A DNA stretch of 64,000 bases from assembly GCA_964016885.1 (NCBI GenBank), contig OZ024740.1, positions 67,270,001-67,334,000 of the forward strand. Direction: 5' to 3'. This document shows positions 53,576 to 64,000 of this stretch, piece after piece; position 1 is the first letter of the stretch, and the number at the start of each line of letters is the position of its first letter. The position numbers and the translations under genes were made by a program. The notes under the pieces are model-generated. The model worked only from the letters and a program-made list of their open reading frames with translations. It made no database searches and was not told where the DNA came from. The DNA is from Eledone cirrhosa. Its lineage: Eukaryota.

Positions 53576-53819
53576 TGGGCCCCCTGTTGGATCAATTGCC
53601 ATTGGGCAACCTGGCCAGTCCACCACTGATCACAAGTGTAAGCACCGAAAGAGACATGAGTGTGTATGTGTTTTTCTTTAACATGGCGGACCTTGTTGTC
53701 TCTTGAGGTATGTGGATGTTATTTGGTGATAATTCCTATGAACATAAAGCAAGATGAATGAAAAATATAATAATAATAGTAATAGTAATACTTATTATTA
53801 TTATTAATATTAATTGCCA

Positions 53820-54340
53820 GTAATGGTGGTTGATTGGCAGTATCTGTATAGCGTCTGACATGATTTGCGGCCTAGAGTTACTGCCCTTTACATCATGAGT
53901 TCAAAACTTGCCTAAGTTTGCTTTGCCTTTTATCCTTACGGGGTCGATAAAATATAGTAACAGGGGTCGATTTACTCGCCGTTCCCCTTCGCTTCAATGT
54001 GTGGGCCTTGTAACTAAAGTAGAAACGATTATCATTAGTATTATCCTCATTATTATTATCATCCCTTACGGGGTCGATAAAATAAAGTACCAGTAATGCA
54101 TGGGATAATTGCTGGCCTTGTGCCAAAAGTAGAAACAATTATTATCATTATGATTATGATTATTATTATCATTATTATTATCATTACGACATGCTTTGTA
54201 GCAAAGAGTTACGACCCTTTATGGTCTGCGTTCAGATCCCGCCGAGGTTAACTTTGCCTTTCATCCCTACGGGGTCGATAAAATAAAGTACCTGTAATGT
54301 ACTGGGTAACAGCTGGCCCTGGCCAAAAGTAGAAACAATT
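53820..54340 (+). mobile_element. Cluster of 2-3 octopus-type SINE copies with (ATT)n tails
   Basis: Repeated tttgcctt..atccttacggggtcgataaaata..gtagaaac near 53920, 54060 and 54250. Another decayed copy near 55340-55450. Confidence 0.85.
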
Positions 54341-56040
54341 ATTATTATCAAGATTAACATTTCGAGGAAAACATTATTGTTTATTGCAAAAATTGTTGTT
54401 GAAAATGTTGATGTAAATGATAAAACGAATATAAGTAGTGACAAGAATATCAGGAGCAGCTATACTCCTTTGATGACGTTATGAGCTAGCTTCAGGAAAA
54501 CGAAAACGAATCGAAAAGTTTTGTCATAAAAAGGTGGTGCTCATTACTCGAAGAAAGGAGAAAATGAATGTCATACCTCAATTTTGCACATAACGGAGAG
54601 AGTCCCAATGTAATCACGAACTGGAAATTAGAATTAAGTCTGCACGTGTGGAAATGAGTCTGTTATTTACATCTGAAAGTGAAACGACGAAAGGGCAAGC
54701 AGAGCGTTGGTCCTCCAAGTTCGTCCCGAGGCTAAACAAAAGTATATGACCAAGATATATTGATGTCGCTATAGGAATTTGGTTGTTATTACGCACACGA
54801 CATCTTAATAGTGATTGCCGAATTGATTCACAATAACATGCAGTCTGCTGGTGTATGTATAGATCTCTATGATCAAATGACCTCAAAGATAAAACTGTCT
54901 TGAAAGTATCATCACGTATTCGATGAAAAATATTGTTATTAAGATAGAAGTCTTAGATGCTACATATATTTTTTACAATTTTCTTTTAGTATCATTTACA
55001 GAGAAATCGATACAATTGGAGGTGGCGACTGGCAGAAATACAAAAGCAAACATGCAACAGGTCATTTAAGTAAAGTCGATACGGATCATGGTTACTGGTA
55101 TTGCTGCCATCACACAACTGGTCATGTTCCTAAGATTTGGGATGAGCAAGACAGAAACAAAATACACGAAGCATTTTATTTCGATACGGTCTTAGATTGG
55201 TGGCTGTTGTAAACAAGCTTCAAATTATTTCACAACTAACAAGACGTATGTTTTCACAAATATTCAGTACAATATGGATGTTATTGTTGCGGGTTTTGGT
55301 AATCTATAGGAATTACAAGCATTTAAATATATTACAAAACGGTGAAGTAAAAGAATCATTAGAACGTCGGATATAATGCTTTGTGTTACTCGTTCCGTCG
55401 TTCTGCTCTCTGAGGTCCAATCACGTCGAGGTTAACTTTGCCTTTCACCATTTGCCTTTCCAATGATTTCGATCTCGTTTGCTCTGCAAATTCATTTCGA
55501 GCACATGCAAAGGGTCCATTGTAAGGTAACATTCCCAGCCAGAAGCCTCAACTATGAAACTAGTGTAATTATTGTATTGATAGATTAATATATACTAAAG
55601 TACTCATTATCTCATCAATTGAAACAGCCAATATCCTCTTAGTTTAGAACTCAAAAATAGGTCCGGAATACAAAATTCCCCATCTAAGCTGGTACATTAC
55701 TCTATAGAATTCCTTGGAGAATACACCGAACATTGATTAATAATACATGCTAATTCCGAACAACGAAATTTTTATCAGCGAGCAAGTCCTATGATGGGTT
55801 TCAAAAATCCCCTTTATTACTAAATGTTCAAGTCAATGCCGGTATCCCATGAGTAGTATTAAATGCTAGTTTGTCAGCAAATAAATGCAGCAGTGGTAGA
55901 CAGACCGGATATATCGTTATTGCTGAATATAGCAGCATGACTTCACCAATATGGAGCACTCGAAGATAATTAAAGAAAACATTTTTGGAGTTAATTATAA
56001 TAATTAGTATTTACATATCCAATGTTTTCGATCTCGTGCG

Positions 56041-56084
<44 letters not shown>

Positions 56085-57363
56085 CGTGTGTGTGCGTGCT
56101 ATACACATAAATATGTGTGTGTATATATATATTTATGTTTATTTTTATCTATGCGACACCAGAACAACAACGGTGACAACCTAATGAGGTACTAATAATA
56201 TATTTTTCTCAGCCGTCATGAAACTTTATTCTAGGTATTTTGGTTCTCTTTTAGAATTCGTTAGTTATAATACCAAACCACTTTAAATTCTGTCAACTAC
56301 ATCATCGTCCTCCATCACTTCTTCAACTTCAACTTCATCCTCCACATCTTCATCTGCACAAACTTCCTCCTCCTCTTCCTCCTCATCTTCTCCCTCCTCC
56401 CCATCATCATCATCATCATCATCACCGACCACCTTTGTTTTTTTTCTTTTCACAACCGCCACCATCGTCACCACAAGCATCACATTTATTCTTCAATTAA
56501 ACCCCATTCGTAAGCTCTTCGTCATCTATTCCCTTCTCGCATCATCATAGTCATTATCGTAATCAAACTATGCACCATCGTTATCAACAATATCTCTGTT
56601 GTCTTTACCGTACATTTAACAGCATCATAACAATAATACACTCATCCCAAACCATATTGATTGCCAAGATTTATTGTTTTTGGTATATCATCATCATTAT
56701 CATCATCATCATCATCATCATCATTATCTTCATCATTATCCTGAATGTTGTTTTTTCTTATGTTAGAAATTATTATTTATTATAATGTGACAATTCATTA
56801 TTGTTGTTGTTACTTTTGTCGTTGTATTCATTTTCTTGTCATTGACGTGTTTGATTTTATTGTTGATGCAGAGAGGGAAAATGATGTATAACTTTATAAC
56901 TCTTTCTATCTTTATAACGTATAAAGCAGAAAAATAATTCGTACTAATTAGCTCACGTTTCCTCCTCTCAAAACAAAAACATATACATAAAAAAAAAAAA
57001 AATAATAATAATAATAAAAAATAACAAGAGCAAATTTTAACAATTACAAACATCCTTAACGACAACAACAATAACAACGGCAACATACCAATAATAACAT
57101 TAACGTCTCATACAAATTAAAAAAAATACTACCTTTATTGGCTTATAAAATATCCAAAAACTTCTTGCTTTCTTCCGGCATTCTGAAGTAGAAATGAAGA
57201 TGTGGAGAATTATATTTTATTTTTTACACAGCACGAAGCCAATATGAATTGAAGTACGAAGTTGATTATAATCGATTGTACGATTCATACACTATCGATT
57301 TCTATAGACATGGTGTAGAAAAATGATTTAATCTTTGTTTTAGTTGTTTGGGGTTTGGTTTTG

Positions 57364-57467
<104 letters not shown>

Positions 57468-58561
57468 TGTGTGTGCGTGTGTGTGTGTGTGTGTGCGTGC
57501 GTGTGTGTATGGTTGTGATTTTCTTTTAAGACGAGAATGGCACAATGAAATGTAGCTGTAGTAATTTAAAAAAAAAATCATATGATATAATCAAATGAAG
57601 ATTAACGATCAGGGCCACTGCTAGATTGACTCTGGTCATAAGAGCTTCTCGATCATGTTTGACTGAACGTGAAACAACATCGTGCTTAGGGTGTTTATAA
57701 TGCTCTATATTCTATCGGAATTGACATCGCGGTTTTTCTTTCCTGAGTCCTTGAGTTGAGTTGAGTTGGTGTATTTTTTGTTAGTACACTAACATGTGCC
57801 ATCTTAAATCAATTTTATGATCATGATATGTGCTATCCAGTTAAAGAGGCAAAGTTTTACCCTTCTTGTTTTTCCCCTATTTCTCGATATTTTGTCTTTG
57901 TTTTGATTACTGAAATATAAGAATTATCTATAATTCATTTATTTGCCACATCACAAATAGGTACACAACACTTCAAGACGAAACATCAACCGAATTCATC
58001 TCCCCGGTTTTAATGGGCTCTAGCGAAAGCAAATACAACTATATGCGTGGCTGTAGATGTTAGGTGTCGATACTTCGGTAAGAAGAGCAAATTAAACTCC
58101 CTCAAATTACAACTATCGGCCTTTAAAGGAAAGTTAAACATTAGATAATATATCTCTAGTTGCAAGTTGACCGAACATCGATACATACTGCTTACTTTTC
58201 ATCGTAGGTCTTTGGAATATTAGTCATGCACGCAAAGTGATATATGGGCACAAGATTGGGTGTGTGATAAAGAACTCCCCTTCACAGATCCGGGTTTGCT
58301 CCGCACTATCTTCTAGCTCCCAGCAAACATTCTAAAGCGAATACCAACCTGTAACCCTGAATCCTTCCAAACAAGCCATACTCACTCTCAAAATACGGCG
58401 AATCAAACATGGACCCCCTCCCCCCACACACACACGCGCGCGCGCACACATATATATATATATATATTTAAAGGTTAAACAAGGTTCAATGAATAAATCA
58501 AAGAATGAGTTTTACAATAGGTTGGAAGCACTCAACAGTGTTGGTTTTCCGGAGTTATTAA

Positions 58562-60165
58562 TATTAATTCAAAATATTAACAAAATAAATATTCTTGTGA
58601 TCAAGTATATATTATTATACATATTTAAGAGGTACTGAGTTAACTTCAACAGTACGTCCTCATCAGATAAAATAAGATGATGCATGGCATACCCTGACAT
58701 AGTAGATGGTTAAGATTCAGTCATGGTAGTGAGAAATATATGACAAAACTCAATATTTATATACCTTAAGATTGAAACATGAAAACAACCTACATATAAT
58801 ACATACAATAGAGAGTGTGAGTGTGAGAAAGCTTAACAAATATATAGCAGCAATATAACTGTTAGAGATTCAAATAATTTAAATTACTGAAGAAAGAGAA
58901 AAGAAAAGAAAGGCTTAGAGAAAGAAACAGAAGAGGGGATAGTATATCTAGTAAGAGCATAGAAAACAAAAGTGAGTTGATTACAGAGAGAGAGAGAGAT
59001 AAAGAGGAATCATTTTTAAAGTGTAAAATATAGGGAGAAATTAATTGTATATTTTTCTATATAGAACAACGTTTGGGCTTAGCTTTAGGAAAAAGAAAAA
59101 AACTCAATTCATTGAATTATTGAATTATCTAAAAGTATTCATCAATCGAAATTTTAAATATAATTGGGTGTATTCATATGAAGGTTAATAACAAGTCTTT
59201 AGATAATTATCTATATATACAATATATATATCCAAGCACATCTGGTTGACCGTTAACATTCAAATCATTTAATTTAAGTTAGTTCAGAGTAATGAGTAAT
59301 ATTTTAGGTTATAAAAGTTAATAATATCTGTATTAATATTAAAGTATACTATCTTATTTAATTTATACAATCACATTTTATGAAATCAAATTTAAAGGAT
59401 TTACAAACACGAGAAAGAAAACAATGTTTTTACATCCTCACGAAGCTAAACTTTACTAAATTTATTATATAATATTAAATTATTTATATTATATTGAAAA
59501 TAGTTTACATTATATAATTTAGAAAATAATTACAGTCATTGTTAAAGAATTTTAAGATTAACAATTTGAATGCCTAAAGGATCAACAGGCCTTATAATTA
59601 AACTTAAAAAAGTTTGATTATTAAATTATATATATGCGTTTATCAAAAAATACACAAAGAATATGTTGTCTAAAGATTAAGATGATACCTCTCAATCAGA
59701 CATAAGATAATACAATACAATAAATAAGTTACAGCTATTATTGTTAAAATTAATGTTTTAGAACAATTATTATAATATGATCATTTAATAGATATATACT
59801 ATAAATATACAAGTCAAAACTTCATGAATCCTCATTCTTCAGTAATTTAAATTATTTGAATCTCTAACAGTTAGATTGTTGCTACATATTTTTTAAGTTT
59901 TCTCACACACACCCTCTCTATTATATGTATTATATGTAGTTTTTTTTCATGTTTCAATATTAAGGTATATACATATTGAGTTTTGTCATGTATTACTCAC
60001 TACCATGACTGAATCTTAACCATCTACTATGTCAAGGTATGTCATGCATCATCTTATTTTATCTGATGAGGACGTACTGTTGAAGTTAACTCAGTACCTC
60101 TGAAATATATATAATAAAATATACTAGATCACAATTATATCTATTTTGTTAATATTTTGAATTAA
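58562..60165. mobile_element. Inverted pLTR pair (~330-bp arms) around an AT-rich spacer; HHR at 60056-60120 (+)
   Basis: 58562-58890 is inverted at 59835-60165. attttat CTGATGA ggac gtactg..cagtac ctct GAAA tatata TA ataaaat. Confidence 0.8.
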
Positions 60166-60186
60166 TATATATAAATATATATATAA

Positions 60187-60264
<78 letters not shown>

Positions 60265-60267
<3 letters not shown>

Positions 60268-60743
60268 ATTGAGGTTGGTAATGGCACATGGAATACTTTT
60301 TTGTGAAAAAACATATAATTTTATAAGGTAAGGAAATAATAAAGGGTATAAAAAATGACCGGTTTCGATGGGTCTGCAAAAGCCATCTTTTCAAATGTTG
60401 ATTAATATTAAGAAAAATTAATAATCAGAAGAGTTAAAATTTGAGATTTGAAAATTCAAGTATAGAATTCATTGTGGGATTTCATAGTAGTTTTCATCTT
60501 GGTAGCAACTCGTTGACTGCTTCTGGTAGTGAATGAGAAGTTATTTGTGGTGTGGGTTATTTTATAAAGGTCAAATTTAGCAATGGCCAGAAGGCCAGCT
60601 GCTGGTCAGTGAGGGGGTGGAAGCAATATACATACATATATCTTCCTGTGCTCGGTAGGAGAGGGGAGATTGATAGAAAGGGATTTAGTGCACTTACACC
60701 TATATATACACACATACCTTCATCCACACATACATACACACAC

Positions 60744-60780
<37 letters not shown>

Positions 60781-61060
60781 CACACATACATACACACGCA
60801 CATACATATACATACACACACACACATATATATGCACATACACACACACATATATATATATATATACACGCACCACACACACACATATATACATACACAT
60901 ACATCCAGATACACACATACATACATACACACACACACACACATATATATATATGTGTACATACATATATATACACACATATACATACACATATATATAC
61001 ACACACACACCCACACATACATACACACACACATATATATACATAGACACATACACACAA

Positions 61061-61091
<31 letters not shown>

Positions 61092-61233
61092 CATATACAC
61101 ACACATATATATATATATATACTCACACACACACACATATATATATATATACACATACGCATACATCCAGATACACACATACATACACACACACACACAC
61201 ACACGCGCGCACACACAATACATACATCCACAT

Positions 61234-61272
<39 letters not shown>

Positions 61273-61580
61273 TACATATACACATACATACACCCACACA
61301 CAGAGAAATGGCCTCCAAATATATATATATACATACATACACATATATTGTTTCCATAATATAAGAAGTTAGGGCAGTGAAATTAAAATACAGGTCATTC
61401 TGATCACATTGAGTTCTTCATGTAGATTGGGCCCCGCAACCGACAGTGGTGAATTCTGTGTGCGCATATATATATAGATATATGTGTGTGCACGTGCAGG
61501 GTTTAACATGGATGTGTTGGTCACACAAAGGCATGGTCTGTCAACGAATAAACCTGATTCTACAGAATTGGTCTCTCTCT
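60265..61580 (-). mobile_element. Solo 3' UTR/pLTR of the 25.3-30.2 kb PLE family; U3-A8 HHR at 60352-60399
   Basis: Colinear with 25258-26500, including the internal CA/TA-rich tract. Confidence 0.92.
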
Positions 61581-61589
61581 ATATATATA

Positions 61590-62495
61590 TAAATACAATA
61601 TCGGAGAAAGCTTTTTAGCGATACTCCGGTCAAATTCCAACACACTCAACAAACATTAGGAAATAAGTGATTATATTCCCAATTATGCGTTCGGGGTGCT
61701 AACTAAAAGTATTGCGTGGAAAATTGGCTGTATTATTTCATGAGACATATCTAATATATCTCTTCCCAGACGGACGTCTCGTTTCATTATAGGATTCCTA
61801 CAATTTGGGTGAAATTATACCAATTTATGTAGGAGCTTATATACCATCAATAGATATATATTCAAGTGGGCTCCTATAATTAATGAGTGGGTGCCCCAAT
61901 AATACTAATATTGATAATCTAACCAACATCAGTATTTAGCGATAATCATCATCCTCTGTGCCTGAGGTATCTGTCAGGTTGCCAGTCCAGCAGTTCTAAA
62001 TAAGTGCTCAAACTGATTCATAAAATGAGGAAGTAAATTACCGCCAAAAAACAATACATGGGCATGACAATGAATTCTGAAAGGAATTCAGGCCACGTGC
62101 TAAGAACTCAATTGGAAATTGAAAAAATATCTATGTGTGTACAGCATTTGATGACACAGATATTTTCTCGGGCAAAATAACAGAATGAGATATAAGGAAC
62201 AATCAATATTCATATATAAAGAAATAAACAAAGAAATGCTAACCTCATACCGGGAATGTTTTCGAATCTGCTGCACCAAGAGTAAATAAATAAATACAAT
62301 ATCGGAGAAAGCTTTTTAGCGATACTCCTATAATTCATCAGTGGGTGCCCCAATAATACTAATATTGATAATCTAACCAACATCAGTATTTAGCGATAAT
62401 CATCATCCTCTGTGCCTGAGGTATCTGTCAGGTTGCCAGTCCAGCAGTTCTAAAGAAGTGCTCAAACTGATTCAAAAAATGAGGAAGTAAATTAT
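61590..62495. repeat. Local direct duplication (second copy internally deleted)
   Basis: aaatacaatatcggagaaagc.. at 61591 and 62292; 61871-62040 repeats at 62325-62494. Confidence 0.85.
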
Positions 62496-63252
62496 ATATT
62501 CTTATCGTTCTATTGAATGTTTTACTTTTCGTTTTATCTTCAGATGAAGGTCTAGTTTCTGAAACGATAAGAATCTTTTCTTACTATTTAGAGCGTTAAG
62601 AAAATACATATTTTAATTGTACTGCAATGTTTGCTTGGGTGTTTCCTTTTACTGTTCGCATAAACACACATTTTTTTCTCCATAGAATATCAATGTCTTT
62701 TACTATTCCCATAAACACACATATATATGAATATATTTTTGTTCATAGAATGTCTATGTCTGTGACAATGCATTGGGACTGGACTTTATTTGTCCCCACC
62801 TACCATATCCAGAGAGTGAAATACTATTTATGTGTATGCACATTTTACAGAGCGCTCCCCTGAAGCAATTATCCTTTGTTGATGAGCACATTATTGCTTC
62901 CCATTCCGTATATCTATTGACCAATCTACGACTAGCCCAACGTGCTAAGTGAATGTACTTCGCTGAACAGATAAAACCAAAGACCAAAACACGCCTATTG
63001 CTTTCATTTAGTTGACTTATAGAAAAGATTACTCACGCAGCCTTGTCTTAAGTTCTTCCAAAAGACATGAATCTGTAAATACTTTCCGAGTTTGATGCTT
63101 TGCTTAATCTCTCTCCCACTTAAATGTATTGGGCTTGAAATTTCAAGCATAGTCTCCGTTGATTGGTGTTTCATCTTTTCCCCATATTTCCCATATTCAG
63201 ATAGCGATTCCATCTGTGTATGTATACACGTTATAACACACACACACACACA

Positions 63253-63291
<39 letters not shown>

Positions 63292-63301
63292 GCACACACA
63301 C

Positions 63302-63873
<572 letters not shown>

Positions 63874-64000
63874 TAAAAAAATAATGAATAAAACAATGAA
63901 ACAGTTCCTTATATTAAACAAAAAAAGTTCATTATTTAACGATCGTTTCTAGGACATATATGTGTTAGAATTGGCATAATTACATTGAGTTCTTCATACG

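Noticed and set aside
56283-56483. Acidic D/E-rich ORF as a host exon
   Set aside because: Degenerate (TCA/TCC)n trinucleotide repeat region with no supporting splice or homology evidence.
62754-63200. Additional GIY-YIG remnant on the minus strand
   Set aside because: Only a faint VFGFICS..YI..SRRL..R..E resemblance with many stops, too weak to annotate.

Overview
AT-rich, microsatellite-saturated eukaryotic intergenic or intronic DNA. The tRNA-derived SINEs resemble those of octopod cephalopods (inference from memory, not a database hit). No host protein-coding gene can be supported, and nearly all ORF-track entries are translations of (TA)n/(CA)n. The window is mostly transposons inserted into (TA)n: Penelope-like retroelements (PLEs), including a near-complete RT+GIY-YIG copy at 25.3-30.2 kb and truncated copies at 11.5-14.5, 14.5-15.8, 16, 40 and 49.5-51.9 kb; a mariner pseudogene; RTE and R4-type LINE fragments; non-autonomous Helitrons; and SINEs. 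Hammerhead ribozyme (HHR) motifs are very dense: canonical type I, U3-A8 core variants, and a 310-bp retrozyme-like array with 13 HHR copies and an internal inversion (35.6-39.4 kb). The most unusual signal is a 505-528-bp non-coding tandem repeat family (10.7-11.5, 30.2-30.9, 51.9-52.7 kb). It carries a complete HHR catalytic core whose three strands are in reversed order, matching none of types I/II/III, supported by 8 compensatory base-pair changes between two subfamilies. This is a candidate new pseudoknotted hammerhead topology. All RNA structures were paired by eye and are untested.
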